This document shows, piece after piece, positions 19,961 to 32,000 of a DNA stretch of 32,000 nucleotides (its first letter is position 1; each line of letters begins with the position of its first letter). The translations under genes were made by a program, and so were the position numbers. The stretch is from contig NZ_CP097765.1 in assembly GCF_023585785.1 (NCBI RefSeq), positions 540,001-572,000 on the forward strand. Direction: 5' to 3'. The DNA is from Blochmannia endosymbiont of Camponotus modoc (GTDB taxonomy: Bacteria > Pseudomonadota > Gammaproteobacteria > Enterobacterales > Enterobacteriaceae). The notes under the pieces are model-generated. The model was not told the origin of the DNA, searched no databases, and saw only the letters and a program-made list of their open reading frames with translations.

Positions 19961-22048
19961 TTAAATCTGTAATAAAGAAATATCTGCTACCTTTAAAAAT
20001 AAATTTTTAACCTTATTTAGCAAAGTTAATCGATTAATTCTTACATTTTCATTTTCATCCATAATTATAACATTATCAAAAAATGCATTTACTGCACTTA
20101 TTATTGTTATAACAACAGTTAGTGCATCATAATAACGATGGTGCATACACAGTACCTGTAGCCTCTTTTCTATCGAAATCACCTCCATGGCTAAACATAT
20201 TTCTTCTGGCATTTTTAATAAAAAATATTGCACATCCTCATTATAAGATATTTTCTTTTTTAATAGTATATTAGATATGCGTTTATAAATTAAATTTAAT
20301 TTAATATTTTCCTCTTTTTGTAATCCAAAAAAATCAGTAACTGCTTGTATTCGGGCATCGATATCTACTACGCTATCAGATTTAACACTTAAAACTGCTT
20401 TAATAACATCTAGTTTATAACCTCTTGAGAGATACCAGGAAAACAAGCGATTATACATAAAATTATGAATATCATTAATAACTGTCGCATTAATTAATTG
20501 TGAACCATATAATTTCACTGACTTTTGTATTAGATCAAATAAATTTATTGGTAATTTTTTATACATAAGAATACGCAAAATTCCAATTGCAGATCTTTTT
20601 AAAGCAAACGGATCTCTATTACCTTTCGGTAATTCTTTAACACCAAATATACCTGATATAGTATCCATTTTATCTGCGATAGATACAGCACAAGAAATAT
20701 GAGTAGTAGGAAGTTTATCCTTAGAAAAACGTGGTTGATAATGTTCCTTTTGTGCTAATGCTATTTCTTCTGACTCACCATCACGGAGAGCATAATGCAT
20801 ACCAATAGTTCCTTGAGTTGAAGGAAACTCAAATACCATATTGCTCATTAAATCACACTTACACAAATACCCAGCGCGTCTCGTTTGTTCTATATCTATA
20901 CCTATTTTCTCAGCAATCCATCCAGATAATTCTTCTATACGCCAACTTTTATCACGCAAAGTACCAAGCCTGCTATGAAATAGCACAGAATTTAATTTAG
21001 GTATATAATCTTCTAAACGACATTTATTATCTTGCATTAAAAAAAACTCTGCATCCATTAAACGTGGCATTATCACATTTTCATGTCCATCAATAATTTT
21101 CTTATAGTTATCTGAAATCGTATTCGATACGAAAATAAAATACGGTAATAAAACTCCATCTATAACATTATATACCGGAAAATACTTTTGATCATATCTC
21201 ATAATATGAAGTATTACTTCACGTGGTAATACCAAAAATTTATTATTAAATTGACCAGAAAGAATTACAGGCCATTCTACTAGCGAAGTAACTTCTTCTA
21301 GTAAACTTTTTTCATCCTGAACATCTACAAATCCCCCAAGTTTTCTAGCTTCTTTTTCTATCTCTACACATATGGTATTTTTACGTGTATCGTAATCTGC
21401 TATTACCCAACCATTTTTAATCAAAACATCTGGATAATGATCTGCATGTTCAAGAGTAATTTTATCGTCTTCCATACATCTATTACCATGCAATACACGA
21501 TCTGTTTTTATACCAAAAAAATAACCCGGAATAAGATATGTATCTAACAATATAGTCACAGTACGAACAGGGCGAACAAATGGAATATCTATATCGCTCC
21601 AACGCATCATTTCATAATTATTTAATTTCTCTAAAGCGGAACTAATAATCTTACACAATAAATATTTTAAATTTTTATGTATTGCTACATTTTTATCGCA
21701 TTCCAATATTCTTTGAAAATTATTAACGCATACACCACTTCTAATCTTTATATTATTAACTATATGATTGATTTGAGTATCTGCATTATTAATATATTTA
21801 TCATATGTATCACCAGTATCTGATTGATCAACACATTCAATATTAGTATTAAAATCACTTTTTATTATTAAATTAGCCTTGACTGCTAAACGAAATGAAG
21901 ATGCAAACCAATTAACCTTATCGTAAACAAAATTATTTTTTTTAAACCCATTAATAATTTGATAAAAAAAGTCTTTTCCTAATTTTTTTAAAATTTTAGA
22001 TGGTAACGATTCAGTACCAATCTCTACTAAAAAAGTACATACTTTCAT
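19961..22048 (-). CDS. glyS: Glycyl-tRNA synthetase beta subunit
   Basis: 695 aa. TFLVEIGTESLPSKILKKLGKDF, FVRPVRTVTILLDTYLIPGYFFGIKTDRVLHGNR, HFQPRFSKDKLPTT-type motif (YQPRFSKDKLPTTHISCAVSIADKMDTISGIF) and KGNRDPFALKRSAIGILRIL. Adjacent to glyQ. Confidence 0.96.
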   Translation of the reverse strand: MKVCTFLVEIGTESLPSKILKKLGKDFFYQIINGFKKNNFVYDKVNWFASSFRLAVKANLIIKSDFNTNIECVDQSDTGDTYDKYINNADTQINHIVNNIKIRSGVCVNNFQRILECDKNVAIHKNLKYLLCKIISSALEKLNNYEMMRWSDIDIPFVRPVRTVTILLDTYLIPGYFFGIKTDRVLHGNRCMEDDKITLEHADHYPDVLIKNGWVIADYDTRKNTICVEIEKEARKLGGFVDVQDEKSLLEEVTSLVEWPVILSGQFNNKFLVLPREVILHIMRYDQKYFPVYNVIDGVLLPYFIFVSNTISDNYKKIIDGHENVIMPRLMDAEFFLMQDNKCRLEDYIPKLNSVLFHSRLGTLRDKSWRIEELSGWIAEKIGIDIEQTRRAGYLCKCDLMSNMVFEFPSTQGTIGMHYALRDGESEEIALAQKEHYQPRFSKDKLPTTHISCAVSIADKMDTISGIFGVKELPKGNRDPFALKRSAIGILRILMYKKLPINLFDLIQKSVKLYGSQLINATVINDIHNFMYNRLFSWYLSRGYKLDVIKAVLSVKSDSVVDIDARIQAVTDFFGLQKEENIKLNLIYKRISNILLKKKISYNEDVQYFLLKMPEEICLAMEVISIEKRLQVLCMHHRYYDALTVVITIISAVNAFFDNVIIMDENENVRINRLTLLNKVKNLFLKVADISLLQI

Positions 22049-22071
22049 TATAAAATTATCCTTGCATTATA

Positions 22072-22986
22072 TTATAATTTCCTCATACACATAGGAAATC
22101 CTAATTTTCTACGAGATGCATAGTAAGCTTCTGCTATCATTTTTGATAATTTGCGAATACGTAAAATATAATTTTTTCTTTCTGTAATGGAAATTACTTT
22201 CCTAGCATTTAATAAATTAAAAATATGTATTGCTTTTAAAACTCGTTCATATGCTGGCATAAGTAATGGTTGTGTCATAGTAATTAAATATTTTATCTCA
22301 TTTTCATATTGACTAAAAATTTTAAATAAAAATTCAATATCCGTATGCTCGCAATTATAAATTGATTGTTCCAATTCATTTTGACGGAATAAATCTCCAT
22401 ACGTAACAGGCCCTAATGAACTATAACTCCAAACCAAATCATAAACATGATTTACTTCTTGTAAGAATAAAGATAAACGTTCTAAACCATAGGTTATTTC
22501 TCCAGTAACAGGTCTGCATTCTAATCCACCTATTTGCTGAAAATAAGTAAGTTGTGTTATCTCCATGCCATTCAACCAAACTTCCCAACCTAATCCCCAT
22601 GCTCCAAGAGTAGGGTTTTCCCAATTATCTTCAACAAAAAAAATATCATTTTTTATGTGATTTAATCCAATTCTTTTTAAAGAATTTAAATATAATTGCA
22701 GCATATTTTTTGGAGAAGGTTTTATAATTACTTGAAACTGATAATATTGTTGTAATCTATTTGGATTGTGACCATATCGACTATCCATCGGTCGGCGAGA
22801 TACTTGAACATAAGAGGCAGCAACAGGTTCTGGGCCAATAGCATTAAAAAAAGTCATAGGATGTGAAGTAGCTGCTCCAACTTCTATATCTAATGGTTGA
22901 GCTATAATACAACCGCAGCCTTCCCAATAACTTTCTAATGCCCGTATTAGCCCTTGAAAAGTTTTTGTATCATTGTTATCGTACAT
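22072..22986 (-). CDS. glyQ: Glycyl-tRNA synthetase alpha subunit
   Basis: 304 aa. [84 protein letters not shown]. Confidence 0.98.
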   Translation of the reverse strand: MYDNNDTKTFQGLIRALESYWEGCGCIIAQPLDIEVGAATSHPMTFFNAIGPEPVAASYVQVSRRPMDSRYGHNPNRLQQYYQFQVIIKPSPKNMLQLYLNSLKRIGLNHIKNDIFFVEDNWENPTLGAWGLGWEVWLNGMEITQLTYFQQIGGLECRPVTGEITYGLERLSLFLQEVNHVYDLVWSYSSLGPVTYGDLFRQNELEQSIYNCEHTDIEFLFKIFSQYENEIKYLITMTQPLLMPAYERVLKAIHIFNLLNARKVISITERKNYILRIRKLSKMIAEAYYASRRKLGFPMCMRKL

Positions 22987-23154
22987 TTTATTTTATCTAT
23001 TTTAAAAAATCATTGTGGTTCCACATCTATCTATAATAATAATTATTCATGAATTATTATTAACAACATTTATAATGTAATGAAAACTGAATCTATATTT
23101 ACAGAAAATAATTGCTATCATGTAACTAAAAATATTTTAAACTAAAAAATCAGT

Positions 23155-23280
23155 ATGTATTATACATGTATAGAGGATCATAAAATACCAATACTTATAT
23201 TTTTATATCTATCAGTATTAGGTATTATTTTTTTTACACATATATATAATTATAAAATATGTTTAAAACAAATTATTTAA
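23155..23280 (+). other. Possible 41-codon hydrophobic small ORF (unverified)
   Basis: My own translation from ATG 23155: MYYTCIEDHKIPILIFLYLSVLGIIFFTHIYNYKICLKQII*. One plausible transmembrane segment. No family recognised and no clear RBS. Confidence 0.2.
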
Positions 23281-23428
23281 AACACATTGATTCTACATCG
23301 GATTTATAAATACGCTATATAAACAAAATAAATAATCCATATACATATGTAATGAACACCATGGTTTTGTCCTTAATATTGATAAGAAATTGCATATTGC
23401 AGAAATCTACATACACTAGGATATAAAA

Positions 23429-24439
23429 ATGATTTCCCAAGAAACACCAACCATAATAATTTCTTATCTAATAATGTTTATTTTTATAATGATCGTGATA
23501 CCATTAGGTTTATTTCCTTGTTTTTTTTCTGGATTTTTAACTTACGAAATTATAGTATCTTTTGCGTCTTACTTTGAACGATTTATTGGAATAAATCGTG
23601 CTCGAGGGGTTGCAGTAGCATTCATTATTACAAGTATATCTATTGTTATAACTATAGGAATTATTAATTGTACTAATTTCTTCACAGAAGATATTAATAA
23701 AGTTACTATTTCTATTGAAATTAATAGAATTTTTTCTGATTTTAAAAAAAGACTTCCTGATTTTTTACCCTCTTTTTTACCAAATACTACTGAAGAACTA
23801 AAAGATCAAATATTTACTTGGATTGAGTCAAACTTAATTCTTATTCGAAATATGGGACATACTTTCCTACACGGATTGATTACTTTACTAGTAGGGGTAG
23901 TAGTTGGTGTTTTAGTATCTTGCTCTAAATCTACAAAACAACAACACACTCATGATACATTTTTTATTACTCAATTATCAGAACGTGTATATAATCTTTC
24001 TAGGGCGTTTCGTAACATTGTTTTTGCTCAAATTAAAATTTCTTCAGTGAATACATTATTAACATCTATTATAATTTTTGTTTTATTACCATTAATTGGG
24101 CAGTCTTTACCATTAGGAAAGACCTTAATTGTCATTACTTTTATTTTGGGTATGTTACCAATTATTGGTAATCTTATTTCCAATATCATGATTACTATTG
24201 CGGCTTTATCCATCTCATTAAGTGTCGGAGTAATGATGCTCATTTATTTAATATTAATTCATAAGTTAGAATATTTTCTTAATGCCGAAATTATTGGAAA
24301 TAAAATCAATGCTAACCCTTGGGAATTAATACTTTCAATGCTTTTACTAGAATCAATATTTGGATTAGAAGGCTTGATAGCAGCCCCAATTTTTTATGCT
24401 TATCTAAAAAATGAACTACGTTCAAAAAAATTAATCTAA
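23429..24439 (+). CDS. Predicted permease, AI-2E transporter-like family
   Basis: 336 aa polytopic protein. C-terminal half ..GKTLIVITFILGMLPIIGNLISNIMITIAAL..EYFLNAEIIGNKINANPWELILSMLLLESIFGLEGLIAAPIFYAYLKNELR has the layout of AI-2E/PerM-type permeases. No specific orthologue recognised. Confidence 0.6.
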   Translation: MISQETPTIIISYLIMFIFIMIVIPLGLFPCFFSGFLTYEIIVSFASYFERFIGINRARGVAVAFIITSISIVITIGIINCTNFFTEDINKVTISIEINRIFSDFKKRLPDFLPSFLPNTTEELKDQIFTWIESNLILIRNMGHTFLHGLITLLVGVVVGVLVSCSKSTKQQHTHDTFFITQLSERVYNLSRAFRNIVFAQIKISSVNTLLTSIIIFVLLPLIGQSLPLGKTLIVITFILGMLPIIGNLISNIMITIAALSISLSVGVMMLIYLILIHKLEYFLNAEIIGNKINANPWELILSMLLLESIFGLEGLIAAPIFYAYLKNELRSKKLI

Positions 24440-24596
24440 TATTTTGGTATAAAACTTATACATATAAGTAACTAATGACTAATTGAACATCGAAAAACTA
24501 CAAAAACAAACCGAGCTCCGTATATACAATTAATAAAGCCCGGCTTAACTATCACACACATTAACAACAAATAAATATAACAACAATAAGTTCATC

Positions 24597-25007
24597 CTAT
24601 TTAATTTCTATACGCCTTGGTTTTAATGTATCTGGCAAAATTCTCTCTAAATGTATATAAAGAATTCCATATTCCAAATTTGCACCTGTTATTTGAATGT
24701 GTTCAGATAATTGAAATTTTCTTTCAAAATTATGCTCAGTAATACCTTGATACAAATAATTTTTAGAATTTTGATGAGAATCAATATGTATTCCTTTTAC
24801 TACTAACATATTATCATGCATTGTAATATCCAACTCACTATTTGTAAAACCGGCTACTACAATAGAAATACAATATTTATGTTCACTAACTAACTCAACA
24901 TTATAAGGTGGATAATTTCCATTATTTTGTCCAATCTCCAAAAAATTCACTAATCTATCAAATCCAATGACAGATCCATACAACGGGGAAAAATCGAAAT
25001 TATGCAT
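24597..25007 (-). CDS. ibpA: Small heat shock protein IbpA
   Basis: 136 aa. [107 protein letters not shown] closely matches E. coli IbpA. AGGAG RBS upstream. Confidence 0.95.
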   Translation of the reverse strand: MHNFDFSPLYGSVIGFDRLVNFLEIGQNNGNYPPYNVELVSEHKYCISIVVAGFTNSELDITMHDNMLVVKGIHIDSHQNSKNYLYQGITEHNFERKFQLSEHIQITGANLEYGILYIHLERILPDTLKPRRIEIK

Positions 25008-25217
25008 ACATAATACTCCTAATCAAGTGTTTACTAATTTTTATATACAAAAGTAAATAAAGTTTAATTACTGTATCTTTTACTCTAATATCACCCACCT
25101 GTATTATAGTACTATTTGTGCCTATAATATCAATACATAATTACATAATAACAATCGATTGACTCACAAAACCATTTTTCTATATAAAATTCATATAAAA
25201 AAAATTATCTTTATAAT

Positions 25218-27668
<2,451 letters not shown>

Positions 27669-27944
27669 CTAATTTTTTCAAAAATACATATAACCAAAGA
27701 TAACTCCAATCGAACTATTATATTTACCAAATATACACGCATACATGCATACATAATTATTTCTCATGACGCAAAGATTTGTTTTTCATAAGAAAAGTAC
27801 ATTGATTTACATTTTTTAATTTTTAAATATCTAATCACGCAGATAATTTATATATTCTAGTATTATTGTTACTGTGTGCTATCAATCTAATCACAGTTAA
27901 TAGCATTTTAAAATACATGTTAGGTTACAATCTGTAAATCATTA

Positions 27945-29048
27945 TTATACCCGAATTGGCATGACGATATATGTTGCTCCATAACATTTCTCGGTGCCCT
28001 CAATTTGCACACTGGATATTTCATTTGTTAAATAAAACCGTAAAAACTGAGTATCCATTACCTGTAGAACATCGATCAAGTAATCTACATTAAAAGATAT
28101 TTTCATACTCTGTCCTGAATATAAAACATCTAAAATTTCTTCCGATGCTTCATGTTCAAAATTATGCGCGGTTATTTTTAATTGATTAGTAATTAATGTA
28201 AATCGAACGATACGAAGTTTTTCATTTGCAAGAATAGCTGCGCGTTTTAAAGACTGCCTCAAAATATCGCATTCTACTTCCAAAACATTTTTTGAACACT
28301 TTACAAAAACATCATGACAATTTGGAAACACAGCATCAATCAATTTAGAAGTAAAAGTATAATTCTCTGTCTCCATACGGAGATTATTATTATTTGTTTG
28401 AATATTAACTAATTTTTCTTTAACGTTTAACAAACGTAATATTTCGATAACTCCTTTACGAGGTATAATCGATGATTGATTGGGTAACAATAAATCCATA
28501 GTTATTTCACAACTTGCTAACCGATGCCCATCTGTTGCAACAATACGCAAAACATGTTCTTTAGTTTCAAACAATATACCATTTAAGCAATAACGTACAT
28601 CTTGATGGCCCATAGCAAATTGGGTTAATTCAATCATTTTTTTAAAAGTAGCCTGGGATATAACTAATTTTAGATTATTATCCCATTTTTCTAATTTAGG
28701 AAAATCTAACGAAGAAAACGTAGATAAATAAAATTTACTATATCCAGAACAAATAATCAGTTTTTTGTCTTTTGATACTATAGAAATTTTTGATGATTCA
28801 GACAAACTACGACAAATTTCAAAAAACTTACGCCCTGGTACTGTCACAGATTCAATGGAATATTTATTTTGTAATATAACGCGAACTGTTATCTCTATTT
28901 CTAAGTCTGTAGCAGTAATACATAAGCAATTATCATTAACTTCTAATAACACATGAGTTAATATAGGCATTCTTGGGCGTCCGCTAAGAATTCCCACGAC
29001 TTTTTGCAAAGGTTGATATAATAATTTCCTATCTATTACAAAATTCAT
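27945..29048 (-). CDS. dnaN: DNA polymerase III beta sliding clamp
   Basis: MNFVIDRKLLYQPLQKVVGILSGRPRMPILTHVLLEV, TVPGRKFFEICRSL, FAMGHQDVRYCLNGILFET, VATDGHRLASCEI and YIVMPIRV end. The ORF track starts at 29111; the Met at 29048 fits the homologue. Confidence 0.97.
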   Translation of the reverse strand: MNFVIDRKLLYQPLQKVVGILSGRPRMPILTHVLLEVNDNCLCITATDLEIEITVRVILQNKYSIESVTVPGRKFFEICRSLSESSKISIVSKDKKLIICSGYSKFYLSTFSSLDFPKLEKWDNNLKLVISQATFKKMIELTQFAMGHQDVRYCLNGILFETKEHVLRIVATDGHRLASCEITMDLLLPNQSSIIPRKGVIEILRLLNVKEKLVNIQTNNNNLRMETENYTFTSKLIDAVFPNCHDVFVKCSKNVLEVECDILRQSLKRAAILANEKLRIVRFTLITNQLKITAHNFEHEASEEILDVLYSGQSMKISFNVDYLIDVLQVMDTQFLRFYLTNEISSVQIEGTEKCYGATYIVMPIRV

Positions 29049-29273
29049 AACTAAACTTAGTAAAACACAACATTTCAAATAATCACATGACGATGTCATA
29101 TCACTGTACAAATCTCAAACACATATCGCAACAGTATAATATATAAAATTGAAACATAAACACATTGACGCATTAAAAACTGAATAACACATTCATGCAA
29201 CTAATTACCTCCATTAGTACTATTCTTAACAAAATAATTATTATCGAACATGATAAAACAAACTTTAAATATT

Positions 29274-29300
29274 TTGACTTTATATACTATATCCTATAAT
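29274..29300 (+). promoter_or_regulatory. Candidate sigma70-type promoter upstream of rpmH
   Basis: TTGACT (29274-29279), 15-nt spacer, TATAAT (29295-29300), about 90 nt before the rpmH ATG. The spacer is shorter than the optimal 17. Confidence 0.35.
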
Positions 29301-29389
29301 ATGGGTGTTAATTGTCAGCATATAATAATTAGATAACAACAATTAAAAATTTTATTATCATTATCAAATAAATATACAAGAATGTAAAT

Positions 29390-29542
29390 ATGAAACGCAC
29401 CTTTCAGCCTTCCATATTAAAACGTAATAGAACGCACGGGTTTAGAGTAAGAATGTCAAGAAGACAAGGCCGTAAAATATTATCAAGGCGTAGGTCTAAA
29501 AGGCGCGTTCGATTGGTTGTATCTGTTTTAAACATTCACTAA
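29390..29542 (+). CDS. rpmH: 50S ribosomal protein L34
   Basis: Absent from the supplied ORF track. Translation is [50 protein letters not shown] (50 aa), matching E. coli L34 [22 protein letters not shown].. Directly upstream of rnpA. Confidence 0.97.
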   Translation: MKRTFQPSILKRNRTHGFRVRMSRRQGRKILSRRRSKRRVRLVVSVLNIH

Positions 29543-29562
29543 AATTTTATTAGTACAACCAA

Positions 29563-29910
29563 ATGAATAGAAAATTTTTACCTAAACGGGCACGCTTGTT
29601 AAATTTAAACGAATTTGTTTTTGTATTTCAAAAGCCAGAACGCATTAAAACAACTGGAATTACTTTGTTCAGTCGATCCAATCGATTAGGATATCCTCGC
29701 ATTGGGCTAGCTATCTCAAAAAAATATGTTAAGTACGCTCATGAACGCAATAGAATAAAGAGGCATATTCGTGAAACTTTTCGTACATATCAACATAACT
29801 TATTAGCCAAAGACTTTGTTCTAACTATTCACTCAAAAGAGATTATTCATTACAAAAATAAAACGTTGATACAAGAGCTCGAAAAATTATGGTATCACCA
29901 TTTGTGTTAA
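29563..29910 (+). CDS. rnpA: Ribonuclease P protein component
   Basis: 115 aa. LPKRARLLNLNEFVFVFQKPER..RLGLAIS-type (RIGLAISKKYVKYAHERNRIKRHIRETFR) with the conserved RNR signature. Adjacent to rpmH. Confidence 0.95.
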   Translation: MNRKFLPKRARLLNLNEFVFVFQKPERIKTTGITLFSRSNRLGYPRIGLAISKKYVKYAHERNRIKRHIRETFRTYQHNLLAKDFVLTIHSKEIIHYKNKTLIQELEKLWYHHLC

Positions 29911-30152
29911 TAGAAAAAAGCATAATATGGCTGATATATGGATACCAAATCAGTATTAGTCCTATATTGGGTCATCATTGTCGTTTTCAAAAAACATGTT
30001 CTCAATACGGGGTGGAATCAATACGTAAATTCGGAGTATTACGAGGTATCTGGATGACATGTATTCGTATATTGCAATGCCATCCTTTAACTGTAAATAA
30101 CAATGAAAATTTTAAATATTATTCACATTCACATATTCAGGACATAATCAAC
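29889..30152 (+). CDS. yidD: YidD-type membrane insertion efficiency factor (88 codons), with no stop codon before yidC
   Basis: MVSPFVLIEKSIIWLIYGYQISISPILGHHCRFQKTCSQYGVESIRKFGVLRGIWMTCIRILQCHPL aligns with E. coli YidD (..[52 protein letters not shown]). The frame continues directly into YidC. Confidence 0.9.
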
Positions 30153-31808
30153 ATGGATTCGCAACGTAATTTCTTTGTGATAGCTTTTTTAATTATGTCG
30201 TTTATACTATGGCAAATATGGCAAACAGAGTATCATCAAAGCACTAATATCCCAAAAATAAATATACATGAAAATACATATCCACTAATTCGTTCTGAAG
30301 ATAATGATGAAATAAAATATATACATCATAAAAGTCATGTGATTACAGTAAAAACAGATGTGTTGTTACTCAAAATAAATACTTATGGAGGAGATATCGA
30401 AGAAGCATATCTCGTGAATTATTTAGAGAATTTACATTCTACAGAACCTTTTCATCTATTAAGTACATCACAAGCATTTACATATCAAACAAACATCGGA
30501 CTAATAAACGAAAATATACCGGGTCAATCATATAATAATAAAAAATTTATATACACTACCGCAACTGATAAAAGTATGTACACCATACCAAAAAATGAAG
30601 ATAAATTACAATTAACTTTAACACATTACGCTTCCGATGGGATTACATATACTAAGAATTATATTTTTAACAGAAATGACTACTCCATATATGTATTCTA
30701 TACCGTAAATAATATGAGCACTTATCCATTAAAAATTAAGTTGTTTGGTAATATAGTACAATCCGAACATTATCCCAAATTACATAATAACAGCGATAAC
30801 GGAGATAATTTTCCTTTATACTCTTATCGAGGACCAGCATATTCTACTGATAAAAAAAAATATCAAAAATACAGCTTTAAAGATATAAAAAATATGAATT
30901 TAAACATTAATACCTCTAAAGGTTGGATAGCAATGTCACAAAAATATTTTGCGACAGCTTGGATACCCCTTACTCAAGGAAATAATACATTTTATACTAC
31001 CTACCATGATAATAATAGTGCTTCTATAGGTTTTCAATCTGATTCAATATATCTCCCGATAGGAGAAACAGGTAAATTTCAATCTATATTATGGATAGGC
31101 CCAAAAATTCAAGAAAAGATGAAAGCAATAGCTCCAAATTTAGATCTATTAGTTGACTACGGATGGTTGTGGTTTATTTCTCAACCATTGTTTCAATTAT
31201 TGAGTTTTATTTACAGTTACATAGAAAATTGGGGTATATCTATTATTATTATAACATTAATTATACGTCTAACCATGTATCCTTTAACTAAAGCACAATA
31301 TACTTCTATGGCAAAAATACGCATGCTACAACCTAAATTATCTATAATACAAGAAGAATATAAACACGATAAATATCAATACCATCAAAAAACTATAGAA
31401 TTATATAAGTTAGAAAAAGTGAATCCATTGGGGGGATGCCTACCTTTATTAATCCAAATGCCAATATTCTTAGCTTTATATTATATGTTATCAGGTTCTG
31501 TAGAATTAAGGCATGCTGAATTTGCTTTCTGGATTCATGATTTATCTGCTCAGGATCCTTATTACATACTACCGATATTAATGGGAATTACTATGTTTTT
31601 TATACAAAAAATGTCGCCTACTACAATTACTGATGCGATACAGAAAAAAATGATGACTATCATGTTAATCATTTTTACTATATTTTTTTTATGGTTCCCA
31701 TCTGGTTTAGTATTATATTATATAGTAAGCAATATAATCACCATTATTCAACAATACATGATTTATCGAGAACTAGAAAAACAAGGATTACACAATAAAA
31801 ATAACTAA
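30153..31808 (+). CDS. yidC: Membrane protein insertase YidC
   Basis: Internal Met at 30153 gives MDSQRNFFVIAFLIMSFILWQIW (cf. E. coli [23 protein letters not shown]). Also NWGISIIIITLIIRLTMYPLTKAQYTSMAKIRMLQPK and VNPLGGCLPLLIQMPIFLALYYMLSGSVELR..WIHDLSAQDPYYILPILMG. AGGA at 30139-30142 lies 10 nt before this ATG. Confidence 0.96.
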   Translation: MDSQRNFFVIAFLIMSFILWQIWQTEYHQSTNIPKINIHENTYPLIRSEDNDEIKYIHHKSHVITVKTDVLLLKINTYGGDIEEAYLVNYLENLHSTEPFHLLSTSQAFTYQTNIGLINENIPGQSYNNKKFIYTTATDKSMYTIPKNEDKLQLTLTHYASDGITYTKNYIFNRNDYSIYVFYTVNNMSTYPLKIKLFGNIVQSEHYPKLHNNSDNGDNFPLYSYRGPAYSTDKKKYQKYSFKDIKNMNLNINTSKGWIAMSQKYFATAWIPLTQGNNTFYTTYHDNNSASIGFQSDSIYLPIGETGKFQSILWIGPKIQEKMKAIAPNLDLLVDYGWLWFISQPLFQLLSFIYSYIENWGISIIIITLIIRLTMYPLTKAQYTSMAKIRMLQPKLSIIQEEYKHDKYQYHQKTIELYKLEKVNPLGGCLPLLIQMPIFLALYYMLSGSVELRHAEFAFWIHDLSAQDPYYILPILMGITMFFIQKMSPTTITDAIQKKMMTIMLIIFTIFFLWFPSGLVLYYIVSNIITIIQQYMIYRELEKQGLHNKNN

Positions 31809-31883
31809 TAAAAATATTCAAAAAAAATTTATAACTCAAGTATATCTTCACATTGTAATATGTTTTAAAGTAAAATAAAAATT

Positions 31884-32000
31884 ATGAGCTATACAATAGA
31901 TACAGTAGTTGCTATTTCCACACCTCCAGGCCGTGGAGGTATTGGAATCATACGAATATCTGGAAAATCAGTTCCTGAAATTGCTCATAAATTGTTAGGA
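31884..32000 (+). CDS. mnmE: tRNA modification GTPase MnmE, 3'-truncated by the window edge
   Basis: [39 protein letters not shown].. matches E. coli MnmE N-terminus (..[22 protein letters not shown]..). Located downstream of yidC as in E. coli. Confidence 0.93.
   Translation, partial: MSYTIDTVVAISTPPGRGGIGIIRISGKSVPEIAHKLLG

Noticed and set aside
20818-22624. Short ORFs within glyS/glyQ (20818-21000, 22439-22624)
   Set aside because: Overlap conserved synthetase genes and have no recognisable motif.
24028-24243. 71-aa ORF opposite the AI-2E-like permease
   Set aside because: Antisense shadow ORF.
28765-28956. 63-aa ORF opposite dnaN
   Set aside because: Antisense shadow ORF over the conserved DnaN N-terminal half.
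29049-29389. Gap between dnaN and rpmH as a canonical oriC
   Set aside because: No TTATCCACA-type DnaA box and no GATC found by reading. AT-richness alone is not evidence in this genome, so I do not call an origin.

Overview
This window looks like a piece of a strongly reduced, AT-rich Enterobacterales genome. Proteins are recognisably close to E. coli, gene density is low to moderate, and the spacers are eroded. The gene set and order best fit an insect endosymbiont of the Candidatus Blochmannia (carpenter-ant) type. That assignment is an inference from memory, not a database search. Order: holC(partial)-valS-argI-ridA-<gltP-<yjcE-<ssb-<dnaB-zur-<ubiA-pitA-<prlC-<tRNA-Pro(CGG)-sodA-<glyS-<glyQ-AI-2E-type permease-<ibpA-<gyrB-<dnaN-rpmH-rnpA-yidD/yidC-mnmE(partial). 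I found no phage, transposon, CRISPR, toxin-antitoxin or defence locus, and no convincing new multi-gene system. The points most worth checking are: (1) yidD and yidC form one uninterrupted 639-codon reading frame; (2) dnaA and recF are absent at the gyrB-dnaN-rpmH locus, and the intergene has no canonical DnaA box or GATC; (3) a perfect 22-bp hairpin lies between sodA and glyS, and a perfect 19-bp inverted repeat lies just upstream of sodA; (4) prlC contains an in-frame A10 tract; (5) tRNA-Pro(CGG) lacks an encoded CCA; (6) several ORF-track entries need correcting (holC extends off the left edge, rpmH is missing, and starts for dnaB, ubiA, gyrB and dnaN are probably downstream of those given).
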